A DNA stretch of 52,568 nt from an uncultured Caulobacterales bacterium (GCA_903851655.1 CAINOV010000318.1:1-52568), one strand, 5' to 3'; shown: positions 26,300 through 35,443, numbered from the stretch's first letter. The notes: generated by a model from the letters alone, not told the origin. A program made the numbers and translations.

Positions 26300-26533
26300 C
26301 TACTTGGTCCGCTTGGGCGCCATGACCACGCCGCCTTCGCGCTGGGCGCGCTTGCGGGCCAGCTTGCGGGCGCGACGAACGGCCTCCGCCTTTTGACGGG
26401 CGCGCTTTTCCGACGGCTTTTCGTAGTGAACGTGCCGCTTCATTTCGCGGAACGTGCCCTCGCGCTGCATCTTCTTCTTCAGCGCCTTGAGCGCCTGGTC
26501 GACATTGTTGTCGCGCACGAAAATCTGAACGAT
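26300..26533 (-). CDS. rpsU: 30S ribosomal protein S21 (apparent ATC start codon)
   Basis: The track ORF begins at an internal GTG ([21 protein letters not shown]...). The conserved S21 N-terminus [10 protein letters not shown] is encoded in frame upstream as ATC GTT CAG ATT TTC GTG. GAGGAGG lies 8 nt before the ATC. Confidence 0.85.
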   Translation of the reverse strand: MVQIFVRDNNVDQALKALKKKMQREGTFREMKRHVHYEKPSEKRARQKAEAVRRARKLARKRAQREGGVVMAPKRTK

Positions 26534-26787
26534 GACTAGGCCCTCCTCTGGACCCCCGTCCGCGCCACGATCCGTAGCCGCGCGTTCGGTTCTGAAAAAA
26601 TGCGTCCTGCGCCCGGAAAGGAACTCTCCGTGCCTTGTGGGTGGGGAAATAGCAGAGGCCGACGCGGCTGTCCACGGAGGAGTCGCAACAGAGCGGGCGG
26701 TGATGATCTTTTCGAAACCCGCCCGTTTGCGCCCGAGGGTCTGCGGCGTGCATGGCGCCCGCGCGACAGATGCCCTATCTCTGTCCC

Positions 26788-27495
26788 ATGAGCTATCCGG
26801 ACAATCATGACGAGACCGCCTCCGCCGACTGGGCGGACGAGACCGAGGGCCGGCTTCTGGACGCCGCGGTGCGGCGGGTGGCGGACCATGGCCGCTGGGA
26901 CGACCGGCTGGTGGAACTGGCCGCGGCGGACATCGACCTCTCGAAGGCCGAGTGCGAACTGCTGCTGCCCTATGGCCCCCGGGACCTGGCGGCGTTGCTG
27001 GCCCGGCGGCACGATGCGCGGACCCAGGCGGAGCTGGCGAAGCTCGATCCGGCCACCCTGCGCATCCGGGAGCGGATCGCCACCGCCGTGCGCACCCGGA
27101 TCGCCGTCGCCATGGAAGACGAGGCGGCGGTGCGGCGGTCCCTGGGCTTCCTCGCCCTGCCGCAGAACGCCCCGCTGGCCGGACGGCTGATGTGGGCCGC
27201 GGCGGACCAGCTGTGGCGATGGGCCGGCGACACGGCCACCGATTTCAACCACTATTCCAAGCGCGCGATCCTCTCGACAGTGCTGGCCTCCACCCTGGCG
27301 GTGCGGCTGGGGCGGGGCGAGGCGGCGGCGGACGCCCATCTGGCCGCGCGGATCGAGGGGGTCATGGCCTTCGAAAAGGCGAAGGCCGGGATGAAGCTGG
27401 ATCCGGAAGGCGTGGCGCGGGGCGTGGCCGGGGTCCTGTCCCGCCTGCGCTATGGTCGCCCCGTCACTCCGGAAGCGCCCCCGTCAGCCGGTTGA
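26788..27495 (+). CDS. COQ9-family protein (the 'rpsU-divergently transcribed' family)
   Basis: It is divergent from rpsU, as the alphaproteobacterial family name predicts. All-helical with the C-terminal block [17 protein letters not shown] start it at MSYPDNHDE (ATG 26788). Confidence 0.7.
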   Translation: MSYPDNHDETASADWADETEGRLLDAAVRRVADHGRWDDRLVELAAADIDLSKAECELLLPYGPRDLAALLARRHDARTQAELAKLDPATLRIRERIATAVRTRIAVAMEDEAAVRRSLGFLALPQNAPLAGRLMWAAADQLWRWAGDTATDFNHYSKRAILSTVLASTLAVRLGRGEAAADAHLAARIEGVMAFEKAKAGMKLDPEGVARGVAGVLSRLRYGRPVTPEAPPSAG

Positions 27496-28594
27496 CGTGC
27501 CCCATCTTGCGGCCGGGCGTGGCCTCGGCCTTGCCATAGAGCCACAGCCGCGCCTGCGGATCGGCGGCGTAGACCGCCCAGGCGTCGGCCTCGTCCCCCA
27601 GGAGATTGGTCATTTCCGCCCGGGCGAAGGGCCGGGTCGGGCCCAGAGGCCAGCCGGCGATGGCGCGGATATGCTGCTCGAACTGATCCACCTGGCAGGC
27701 GTCGAGGGTCCAGTGGCCGGTATTGTGCACCCGCGGCGCGATCTCGTTCACCAGAAGGCGGCCGTCGGCCATCTCGAACAACTCGACCCCCATCACCCCC
27801 ACATAGTCGAGCCCGACCAGCAGGCGGGAGGCGATGTCCAGCGCCTGGGCGGCGGTGGCGTCGCTGACCCGGGCGGGCGCCACGGACCGGCGGAGCACGC
27901 CGTTCTCGTGGGTGTTCTCCGCCAGGGGATAGGCGGCGATCTCTCCGCTCCAGCCGCGGGCGGCGATGACGGACAGCTCCCGGACAAAGTCCACCCGTCC
28001 CTCGAGGATGGCCGGCGCCGCGCCGATGGCGGCGAACGCGGCGTCTGCGTCTCCCGGTGCGCGGACCCAGGACTGGCCCTTGCCGTCATAGCCCTCCCGC
28101 CGGGTCTTCAGCAGCGCCGGGGCGCCGAGGCGGGCCAGGGCCTCGGGGATGTGGGCGGCGGCGGCGATCTCCGCAAACGGCGCGCAGTCCACCCCCACCG
28201 CGCGGAAGAAGGTCTTTTCCGCGATCCGGTCCTGGGCGGTGGCCAGGGCCAGCGGGCCGGGGGCCATGCGCACGCCGGCCGCCCGCAGGCGATCCACCAC
28301 CCGGGCCGGGACGTTCTCGAACTCGAAGGTGGCGACCCGGCAGCGCGCGGCGAATTCGGCCAACGCGACGGGGTCGTCATAGGCGGCCACCAGACACGAC
28401 GCCGCCACCCGGCTGGCGGGGGCCTGTTCCTCCGGCGTGAGGATGCAGGCGTCAAAGCCCAGACGGGCCGCCGCCAGGGCCAGCATGCGGCCGAGCTGGC
28501 CGCCGCCCAGTATGCCGATGGTCGCCGTCGGCGGCAGGGGCTGGAACGCCGCGCCAGCGGACTCGCCGGTCGCCTGATCTGTCACCGGAGTCAA
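27464..28594 (-). CDS. purK: N5-carboxyaminoimidazole ribonucleotide synthase PurK
   Basis: ATP-grasp protein. [26 protein letters not shown] and [14 protein letters not shown] are PurK blocks. The TTG start overlaps the purE stop. Confidence 0.9.
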   Translation of the reverse strand: MTPVTDQATGESAGAAFQPLPPTATIGILGGGQLGRMLALAAARLGFDACILTPEEQAPASRVAASCLVAAYDDPVALAEFAARCRVATFEFENVPARVVDRLRAAGVRMAPGPLALATAQDRIAEKTFFRAVGVDCAPFAEIAAAAHIPEALARLGAPALLKTRREGYDGKGQSWVRAPGDADAAFAAIGAAPAILEGRVDFVRELSVIAARGWSGEIAAYPLAENTHENGVLRRSVAPARVSDATAAQALDIASRLLVGLDYVGVMGVELFEMADGRLLVNEIAPRVHNTGHWTLDACQVDQFEQHIRAIAGWPLGPTRPFARAEMTNLLGDEADAWAVYAADPQARLWLYGKAEATPGRKMGHVNRLTGALPE

Positions 28595-29088
28595 TCTTCC
28601 ACCGTCTCGGCCACCTGGGCGGTCTGTTCGGCGCGCCAGGCGGCCAGGCGGCCGGCGAGGCCAGCGTCGGACAGGGCCAGGATCTGCGCCGCCAGCAGGC
28701 CGGCGTTCTTGGCCCCCGCCTTGCCGATGGCCAGCGTCCCCACCGGCACGCCGCCGGGCATCTGGACAATGGACAGGAGGGAGTCGAGACCGCTGAGCGC
28801 CTTGGACTCCACCGGCACGCCCAGGACCGGAAGGTCGGTCATGGAGGCTGTCATGCCGGGCAGGTGCGCCGCGCCGCCGGCGCCGGCGATCACCACCTTG
28901 AACCCGGTGTCCCGGGCCGTCGTGGCGAAGTCATAGAGCCGCTGGGGCGTGCGATGGGCGGAGACCACCTTCGCCTGATAGCCGACCCCCAGCGCGTCCA
29001 GCACCTCTGCGGCGGCCTGAAGCGTCGGCCAGTCCGAGCGGCTGCCCATGATGATGGCGACCGGTGGGGTTTCGGCCGGAAGGGCCAT
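28591..29088 (-). CDS. purE: N5-CAIR mutase PurE
   Basis: This is the C-terminal 165 codons of track ORF 28591..29652, from ATG 29088. Contains [17 protein letters not shown] and [10 protein letters not shown]. Confidence 0.95.
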   Translation of the reverse strand: MALPAETPPVAIIMGSRSDWPTLQAAAEVLDALGVGYQAKVVSAHRTPQRLYDFATTARDTGFKVVIAGAGGAAHLPGMTASMTDLPVLGVPVESKALSGLDSLLSIVQMPGGVPVGTLAIGKAGAKNAGLLAAQILALSDAGLAGRLAAWRAEQTAQVAETVED

Positions 29089-29115
29089 TGACTTCGCCAA
29101 TTCGGAACTTCCCAA

Positions 29116-29778
29116 TTGCACCCGACCGCGGGTGGGAAAGCGGCTAAGTATAGGGACGCCGCGCCGCCCCGCAATCGAATAGGTTCCCGACCCTTGAACA
29201 GCCCGCCTGATCCGACCCCTGACCCGGCCGATCCCCGAGACGCGGAGCTCGCGCGGCTGCAGGCGGAGGTGGCGCGGCTGCAGCAGCACGTGGCCGCCCT
29301 GGAGATCCTGGCCGACCGGGACCCGCTGACCACCATCTTCAACCGCCGGGCCTTCATGCGCGAGCTGAACCGGGTGGTGGGGTTCTGCGAGCGCTATCAG
29401 ACCGGGGCGGCGGTGGCCTTCTTCGACATGGACGGGTTCAAGGGCATCAACGACACCTATGGGCACGCCGCCGGCGACGCCGCCCTGCAGGCGGTGGCCG
29501 CCACCCTGGCCGGGCATGTGCGCGAATCGGACGTGGTCGGTCGCCTGGGCGGAGACGAGTTCGCCGTCATCCTGGTGCAGGCGGACCGGGCGGCCGCCCT
29601 GGCCAAGGCCCAGTCCCTGAAACAGCTGATCGAGGCGACCCCCGCCGTGCACAACGGGACCGCTGTGCCGCTGCGGGTCTCGTTCGGCGTGCGGATGTTC
29701 TCGCCGGGGGTCACGCCGGCGGACCTGCTGGCCGGCGCCGACGCCGCCATGTATCTGAACAAGCCGGTCGCGGGCTGA
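29116..29778 (+). CDS. Diguanylate cyclase (coiled-coil + GGDEF domain, I-site present)
   Basis: Contains [12 protein letters not shown], the active site GGDEF (RLGGDEFAV) and RESD five residues upstream (RxxD I-site). Only a short coiled coil precedes the domain. The start is uncertain: TTG 29116 or TTG 29194. Confidence 0.85.
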   Translation: MHPTAGGKAAKYRDAAPPRNRIGSRPLNSPPDPTPDPADPRDAELARLQAEVARLQQHVAALEILADRDPLTTIFNRRAFMRELNRVVGFCERYQTGAAVAFFDMDGFKGINDTYGHAAGDAALQAVAATLAGHVRESDVVGRLGGDEFAVILVQADRAAALAKAQSLKQLIEATPAVHNGTAVPLRVSFGVRMFSPGVTPADLLAGADAAMYLNKPVAG

Positions 29779-29789
29779 CGGCGAACGCC

Positions 29790-30014
29790 TCAGGCGATGA
29801 TGTCGGAGATCAGCTGGTTCTCCAGCAGCACGATCTGATCCCTAAGGGCCAGCTTGCGCTTCTTCATGCGGGCGATGAGGATCATGTCGGGGCTGTGCTG
29901 GTCGAGCAGGGCCGTCACCGCGGCGCCCAGATCTCCATGCTCCTGGCGCAGTACGGCGAGGCGGGCCTTGATCTGCAGGGTCGCCTCGTCGTCGCCTTCG
30001 TCATGGTCGTTCAT
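29790..30014 (-). CDS. DUF465 (YdcH-like) small coiled-coil protein
   Basis: This is the C-terminal 74 codons of track ORF 29790..30191, from ATG 30014. [19 protein letters not shown]...[18 protein letters not shown] is the DUF465 pattern. Confidence 0.7.
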   Translation of the reverse strand: MNDHDEGDDEATLQIKARLAVLRQEHGDLGAAVTALLDQHSPDMILIARMKKRKLALRDQIVLLENQLISDIIA

Positions 30015-30202
30015 GGGCCGTCTCTCCCCGTCCGAAGCCGAGTCCTGGCGGCTGTCGCCGGCGCCCCACACTCCAGATTCGCGGCGGCGTCGTAAACACC
30101 TTCTGAACGGACCACGCGCGAATTCCGTTTCACGGCAGCGTGATCTGACAAGTCCCGCCGCCGGGTGTTCACTTCGAAGGTTCACCTTCAAGGAGGCGCC
30201 CC

Positions 30203-30379
30203 ATGGCGTTGGACTCGCACATCCGCGAACTTGATTCCCGACATCAGACTCTGGAACGGGCGATCCGTGAGGAAAGCCTGCGACCCGTCTCGGACTCCGT
30301 CCGCCTGAAGGAGCTCAAGCGACAGAAGCTCAAGCTGAAGGACGAGATCGAGGGCCTCCGGAAAGCGCGCGCCCACTAG
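30203..30379 (+). CDS. DUF465 (YdcH-like) small coiled-coil protein
   Basis: Not in the ORF track (58 aa). My translation is MALDSHIRELDSRHQTLERAIREESLRPVSDSVRLKELKRQKLKLKDEIEGLRKARAH. AAGGAGG lies 6 nt upstream of the ATG. Confidence 0.65.
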   Translation: MALDSHIRELDSRHQTLERAIREESLRPVSDSVRLKELKRQKLKLKDEIEGLRKARAH

Positions 30380-30406
30380 GGCCGGGCGCGCGACGCGGTC
30401 GCCGCC

Positions 30407-30462
30407 CAGTCCTCGTCGTCCAGTCCTCGTCGTCCAGCCCTCGCCGTCTAGTCTTCGTCGTC
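30407..30462. repeat. Tandem 14-mer array spanning the stop codon of the DUF1013 gene
   Basis: CAGTCCTCGTCGTC x2 (perfect), then CAGCCCTCGCCGTC, then TAGTCTTCGTCGTC. The last unit encodes the acidic tail ...DDED-stop on the minus strand. Confidence 0.8.
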
Positions 30463-31101
30463 TCCGTCATAGTCCGTATCCGGCTCAGCCTCCGCCGGAG
30501 AGGCGGCCTGCGTCGCTCCGATCGGGGCCAGGGTCGGGCCATCAGCGACGATGCCCTTGCGGGCGTCGTCCTTGGCCTTCTTGTCGGCCGCCTTGCGCAC
30601 GATGTCGTCCAGCTCGAGCTGGCTGATCAGGCCCAGCGTCACGGGATCCACCGGCTTGATGTTGGAGGCGTTCCAGTGGCTGCGGCTGCGCACCTGTTCG
30701 ATGGTGGCCTTGGTGGTGCCGAGGATCTTGGAGATCTGGCCGTCGGTGATTTCCGGGTGGTTGCGCAGGAACCAGGCGATGGCGTCCGGACGGTCCTGGC
30801 GGCGGGAGACCGGCGTGTATTTCGGCCCCTTGCGCACCGGCTTCAGAAGCTCCGCGTGGCGGCTCTTCTGCACCTTCATCAGGTAGGCCGGATTGGCCTG
30901 GGCCTTGTCCAGCTCCTCGCGGCTGAGCTGGCCATTGGCGATCGGGTCTGCGCCGCGGATGTCGCGGGCGACCTCGCCATCGGCGATGCCGTTCACTTCC
31001 AGCGGATGCAGGCCGCAGAAGTCCGCGATCTGCTCGAAGGTGAGGGACGTGTTCTCGACGAGCCAGACGGCGGTCGCCTTCGGCATCAGGATGTCTGTCA
31101 T
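30448..31101 (-). CDS. DUF1013 family protein (TrcR-like cell-cycle regulator family)
   Basis: From ATG 31101: MTDILMPKATAVWLVENTSLTFEQIADFCGLHPLEVNGIADGEVA..., with RNHPEITDGQISKILGTTKATIEQVR. This matches my memory of the DUF1013 family. It has an acidic C-terminal tail. Confidence 0.7.
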   Translation of the reverse strand: MTDILMPKATAVWLVENTSLTFEQIADFCGLHPLEVNGIADGEVARDIRGADPIANGQLSREELDKAQANPAYLMKVQKSRHAELLKPVRKGPKYTPVSRRQDRPDAIAWFLRNHPEITDGQISKILGTTKATIEQVRSRSHWNASNIKPVDPVTLGLISQLELDDIVRKAADKKAKDDARKGIVADGPTLAPIGATQAASPAEAEPDTDYDGDDED

Positions 31102-31320
31102 AACCCTCGTCTCTCGATCAGGTTGCCGGGCCGGTGAAACCGTCGGCCAGAAACAGCGGCGCCCGGCCTTTCGGCCGGGCGGTGGTGAATGCTGTATACC
31201 CAATTTGTCACGGAACGGAAACGGGTTTTCCGCCATAGCCGCCGCACAGGGACATGGTCGACGTCACGCGCTCCGGTCGTCTATGGTCGATGACAGAGTG
31301 AGTCCGAGGAGCCGTCACCG

Positions 31321-33036
31321 ATGAAGTTGCCTTTCGCCGCCCTTTCGGCGGTCGCCCTGCTGGCCGGGGCCGCCCTGGCGCCCGTGCTGTCCGCGGCCGC
31401 GGATGTTTCCCCGGAGACCCAGGCCCTGCCGGCCACGCCGATCGATCCCGCGCGCCTGTCCGCGCATGTCAGGATCCTGTCCAGCGACGCCTTCGAGGGC
31501 CGCGGCCCAGCGACGCCGGCGGAGAAGAAGACCCTCGACTACATCATCGGTCAGTTCCAGGCCGAAGGGTTGCAGCCCGGTGGGGACCTGCGTCCCGATG
31601 GCCGGCGCGCCTGGACCCAGAACGCGCCCCTGCGGCGGTTCGAGATCACCGCCGCGCCGAAGCTCGCGTTTTCCGATCCGGCGGGCGCGCGCGTCCTGCA
31701 CCAGGGCGAGGAGGCGGTGGTGCACAGCCTGCTGCCGGTGAAGCGGGTGGACATCAGCCGGGCGCCGCTGGTGTTTGTCGGCTATGGCGTCAAGGCGCCG
31801 GAGCGCGACTGGGATGACTTCAAGGGCGTGGACCTGAGGGGCAAGATCGCCGTGGTCCTGATCAACGACCCGGACTACGAGACCCCGCCGGGCCATCCCA
31901 CCACCGGCAGGTTCGACGGCAAGGCCATGACCTATTATGGCCGCTGGACCTACAAGTACGAGGAAGCCGCGCGGCAGGGCGCGGTCGGCATGCTGATCGT
32001 GCACGAGACCGGACCCGCCTCCTATGGCTGGGCGACGGTAAAGAACTCGAACTCGGCGCCACAGTTCGACGTGGTCCGCCCCACGCCGCGCAAGGCCCAC
32101 CCCCTGCTGGAGGGCTGGATCCAGCGGGACCAGGCCGTGGACCTGTTCCGCCGGGCAGGCCTCGATTTCGAGGCGGAGAAGGCCCGGGCCCAGACCGCGG
32201 ACTTCCACCCGGTGACCTTGGGGGCCGAACGGTTCAGCGCGCACTTCCCGGTCAAGGCCAGCACCATCGTCTCGCACAATGTGGTGGCCGTGCTGCCGGG
32301 ACGGACCCATCCGGACGAGTACGTCTTCTATTCCGCCCATTGGGACCACCTGGGGATCGGCCTGCCGGACGCCAAGGGCGACCGGATCTACAACGGCGCC
32401 GTGGACAACGCCGGGGGGATCGCCTCCCTGCTGGAACTGGCGCGGGTGTTCGCCGCCCAGCCCCGGACGGAGCGGACCGTCGGCTTCATCGCCTTCACCG
32501 CCGAGGAAAAGGGCCTGCTGGGCTCGGAATACTACGCCTCCCATCCCCTGTATCCGCTGGCCCGGACGGTGGCGGTGTTCAACCGGGACGGCCTGTCCAC
32601 CCACGGGCCGGCGCGGGACATCTCGACCTCTGGCAATGGCAAGCTGAGCCTGCAGGACGACATCGCCGCCGCCGCGGTCGCCGAGGGCCGGCGGTTCAGC
32701 CCCGACGCCGTGCCCGAGGCCGGCCACTTCTTCCGCTCGGACCACTTCCCCCTGGCCAAGCGCGGCGTGCCCGCCGTGTCGGTGAACGCCGGAAACGACC
32801 TCTATGCCGGGGGTGAGGCGGCGGGCCGCGCCGCGGAGCTGGACTATGTGGTCCATCGCTATCACCAGCCCGCCGACGAGTGGCGGGCGGACTGGGACCT
32901 GCGGGGCCAGGCGATCGATGACGGGCTGATCTACCGCCTGGGCCGTGACCTGGCCGACAGCCGCCGCTGGGCGACCTGGCAGCCGGGGTCTGAGTTCAAG
33001 GCCGTGCGCGACGCGACGGCGACGGAGCGGAAATAA
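31321..33036 (+). CDS. Secreted M28 family metallopeptidase with PA domain
   Basis: Signal peptide MKLPFAALSAVALLAGAALA. Metal-ligand blocks SAHWDHLG, NGAVDNAGG, FTAEEKGLLGS and SDHFPLAKRGVP. Confidence 0.85.
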   Translation: MKLPFAALSAVALLAGAALAPVLSAAADVSPETQALPATPIDPARLSAHVRILSSDAFEGRGPATPAEKKTLDYIIGQFQAEGLQPGGDLRPDGRRAWTQNAPLRRFEITAAPKLAFSDPAGARVLHQGEEAVVHSLLPVKRVDISRAPLVFVGYGVKAPERDWDDFKGVDLRGKIAVVLINDPDYETPPGHPTTGRFDGKAMTYYGRWTYKYEEAARQGAVGMLIVHETGPASYGWATVKNSNSAPQFDVVRPTPRKAHPLLEGWIQRDQAVDLFRRAGLDFEAEKARAQTADFHPVTLGAERFSAHFPVKASTIVSHNVVAVLPGRTHPDEYVFYSAHWDHLGIGLPDAKGDRIYNGAVDNAGGIASLLELARVFAAQPRTERTVGFIAFTAEEKGLLGSEYYASHPLYPLARTVAVFNRDGLSTHGPARDISTSGNGKLSLQDDIAAAAVAEGRRFSPDAVPEAGHFFRSDHFPLAKRGVPAVSVNAGNDLYAGGEAAGRAAELDYVVHRYHQPADEWRADWDLRGQAIDDGLIYRLGRDLADSRRWATWQPGSEFKAVRDATATERK

Positions 33037-33045
33037 CGCGCCGGA

Positions 33046-33423
33046 TCAGGGGCGCGTCGGCTCGACCGGCGCGCCCACATCCGCCGCCCAGTGGAAGCCG
33101 AGCACGGCGCCCTTCACCAGGGGCAGGATCAAGAGGGTCAGGATCACCAGGGACGGCAGGGTCACCTCCAGCACCCGGTCCGCCGGCCAGGTGATGATGA
33201 AGCCGAAGGCCAGCAGCGGCGCCACGATCAGGTGCCCGACGATCAGGATGGTGAAATACGGCGGCGCGTCATCGGCGCGGTAGGCGCCATTGTTGTGGCC
33301 GCACACGTCGCAGGTCGGGCGCACCTTCAGATATCCGCTGAACAGGTGGCCCTGGCCGCAATTGGGGCATTTGCGCTGCAGACCGAACTTCAGGCCCCGA
33401 GCGATCCGGCTTTCAGTCGACAT
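33046..33423 (-). CDS. DUF983 zinc-ribbon membrane protein
   Basis: From ATG 33423: KCPNCGQGHLFSGYLKVRPTCDVCG...DDAPPYFTILIVGHLIV, followed by two TM segments. Confidence 0.7.
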   Translation of the reverse strand: MSTESRIARGLKFGLQRKCPNCGQGHLFSGYLKVRPTCDVCGHNNGAYRADDAPPYFTILIVGHLIVAPLLAFGFIITWPADRVLEVTLPSLVILTLLILPLVKGAVLGFHWAADVGAPVEPTRP

Positions 33424-33600
33424 GGTGTCCTTTCGCGCGAACCTCGCCGCGGGATTGACCAACAGGTAATCCCCTGGGGCGCATATTCCAAGCTCGGACC
33501 CAGCCAGCAACGAAACGCCGCAGGCCGCACGACGCGAATCCCCTTGTGCGCCTGACGCCCGCGACTAGATTGTCCCCGACTTCACCGGAGCCGCCGACCC

Positions 33601-33963
33601 ATGCACGCCCTCGACCGGACCCGCGACGCGATCTTTGTGGAGCGCCTGCACGCCAAGTCCCTGGTTCAGGGCCTGACCTGGATCACGACGGAGCATGAGG
33701 GGCGGTATCAGGTCCATGTGGGGGAGTTCATCGTCGAGATCGGCGAGGGCTCCGGCGACCCGGAACATGCGGATCCCGAAATCCTGATCTGCCGCCCGGA
33801 CGGCCGGGCCCTGGAAATCCTCACCCCGTCGATCCTGCCGGAATCCCGGGTCGAAGGCGTCGTCCCGCGCCGCCAGGCCTTTGTGGAGATCTACGAGGCC
33901 GCCCGCCGCATGGCGCTGGGCGTCGACAAGGTGCTCGAGGATCTGATCCTGAAACTGATGTAA
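33601..33963 (+). CDS. Hypothetical protein (120 aa, no family recognised)
   Basis: ATG start, strong third-position GC bias, balanced non-repetitive composition. It is co-directional with the next gene. Confidence 0.5.
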   Translation: MHALDRTRDAIFVERLHAKSLVQGLTWITTEHEGRYQVHVGEFIVEIGEGSGDPEHADPEILICRPDGRALEILTPSILPESRVEGVVPRRQAFVEIYEAARRMALGVDKVLEDLILKLM

Positions 33964-34020
33964 TCCCCCACCGCCGGGTGTATGACCCGCCGGATCGGGA
34001 TCAGGACGGACGGAGACCCC

Positions 34021-34881
34021 ATGGCACAGGTGCTCGAAGCGCGGATCGGCGACGATCCCGACCGGCTGACCGCCGCCCTCGAGGACGGGGCTTTGATCCT
34101 GCTGCGGGACACGCCGTTTCCCCTCCAGCCGGACGAAATGTCGCTGATCGATCCTGCGATCTTTTCCGGCGAGTCCAAGAATGTCAGCTATGATCCGGCC
34201 ACTGGCCGCCTCAACGGGGTGGGCCTGGAGGGCGAGGCGCTCGACCGCTGCCGGGCGATGGTGGCGCGGTATGCGGACTTCGCCCGGACGCTGCTGCAGC
34301 AGGTGGCGCCGGGATATCTGCGGACCGCGGAACAGAAGCGCGCCAGCTTCCGGCCGGGGGAGGTGTCCGTCCGGGCGCTGAGCCCGCGCAAGGACGACCG
34401 GCTGCTGCACGTGGACGCCTTTCCCGCCAACCCCAACCAGGGTCGGCGGATCCTGCGGGTCTTCACCAATGTCAATCCGGAGGGACGGGCCCGGCACTGG
34501 CGCCTGGGCGAGCAGGACTTCGAGGCCTTCGCCCGGGACTTCCTGCCGCGGCTGAAGCCCGGCCCGGCGCCCCTGGCCGCCGCCGCGATGCAGGCCCTGA
34601 AGATCACCAAGGGCCGCCGCACGCCCTACGACGCCGCCATGCTCCAGCTGCACGACCTGGGCAAGCTGGACGCCGGGTTCCAGTCCACGACGCCACAGAG
34701 CGAGGTGTTCCTGCCCGCCGGCGCCAGCTGGATCGTCTATACGGACAGCGTGCTGCACGCCGCCATGGCCGGGCAGCACGCCTTCGAGCAGACCTTCCTC
34801 CTTCCCCCGTCCGGCATGGCCGCGCCGGACAAGGCGCCGATCCGGATCCTGGAGCGTCTGCTGGACCGCCCCCTGGGCTGA
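34021..34881 (+). CDS. Kdo-hydroxylase (KdoO) family Fe(II)/2-oxoglutarate dioxygenase-like protein
   Basis: KDDRLLHVDAFPANPNQGRRILRVFTNVNPEGRARHWRLGE and WIVYTDSVLHAAMAGQHAFEQTFLLP match my memory of the Kdo_hydroxy family. An HxD...H triad is present. I prefer ATG 34021 (GGAG 5 nt upstream) over ATG 33982. Confidence 0.6.
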   Translation: MAQVLEARIGDDPDRLTAALEDGALILLRDTPFPLQPDEMSLIDPAIFSGESKNVSYDPATGRLNGVGLEGEALDRCRAMVARYADFARTLLQQVAPGYLRTAEQKRASFRPGEVSVRALSPRKDDRLLHVDAFPANPNQGRRILRVFTNVNPEGRARHWRLGEQDFEAFARDFLPRLKPGPAPLAAAAMQALKITKGRRTPYDAAMLQLHDLGKLDAGFQSTTPQSEVFLPAGASWIVYTDSVLHAAMAGQHAFEQTFLLPPSGMAAPDKAPIRILERLLDRPLG

Positions 34882-34910
34882 CCGGACCGCCGGATCCGTC
34901 CGATCCGGGA

Positions 34911-34918
34911 TTAACCAT
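34911..34918 (+). promoter_or_regulatory. TTAACCAT motif (CtrA half-site type) upstream of the DUF350 gene
   Basis: An exact TTAACCAT about 95 nt upstream of ATG 35014, in a short AT-rich patch after a hairpin at 34890-34908. Confidence 0.25.
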
Positions 34919-35013
34919 ATGAATTCACGCCTCTTTGGGGAGGAGGCTTGCGCCGTTTCGACCCCTGTGATGCCGTCCGGCCTGTCGCGTAGATGACAGG
35001 TTCGAGGTCGTTG

Positions 35014-35436
35014 ATGTCCACCCCTCCGGAAATCATTGCATTCGTCGCGGGATTTCCGATCCTCCTGGCGCATCTGGGCATCGGGCTGGCGGCGTTCGTG
35101 ATCTGGGCCTTCGTCTACACGGTCTGCTCCCGCGGGCAGGAGATCGGCCAGATCCGGGACGGCAACCAGGGCTCGGCCGTTCTGTACGGCGCGACCCTGT
35201 TTGCGCTGGCCCTGCCCCTGGCGCGGGCGCTGACCGCCGCCAATGGCTGGGTGGACATGGCCGCCTGGAGCGGGGTCGCCGGACTGGTGCAGCTGACCCT
35301 GTTCGCCCTCACCGACCTCGTCCTGGCCGGTCTGAGCGGACGGGTGCGGGATACGGCGGACGTGTCCGCCGCGGTGCTGCTGGGGGCGGCGCGACTGGCG
35401 ACGGCCTGGCTGTTCAGTTCCGCCCTGGCCCTCTGA
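35014..35436 (+). CDS. DUF350 (YjfL-like) inner-membrane protein
   Basis: Four TM segments. The loop RGQEIGQIRDGNQGSAVLYGATLFALALPLA parallels the E. coli YjfL loop region. GAGG lies 6 nt before ATG 35014. Confidence 0.7.
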   Translation: MSTPPEIIAFVAGFPILLAHLGIGLAAFVIWAFVYTVCSRGQEIGQIRDGNQGSAVLYGATLFALALPLARALTAANGWVDMAAWSGVAGLVQLTLFALTDLVLAGLSGRVRDTADVSAAVLLGAARLATAWLFSSALAL

Positions 35437-35443
35437 GCCGGCG

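Noticed and set aside
26600-26791. 63-aa ORF inside the rpsU / COQ9-like spacer.
   Set aside because: It is Arg/Gly/Pro-rich, has no Shine-Dalgarno sequence and shows no codon-position GC bias typical of the real genes here.
34916-34926. Adjacent NdeI and EcoRI sites (CATATGAATTC), suggesting a cloning scar or engineered junction.
   Set aside because: There is no vector-like sequence, polylinker or tag on either side. The flanking DNA is continuous native-looking intergenic sequence, so a chance occurrence in an AT patch is more likely.
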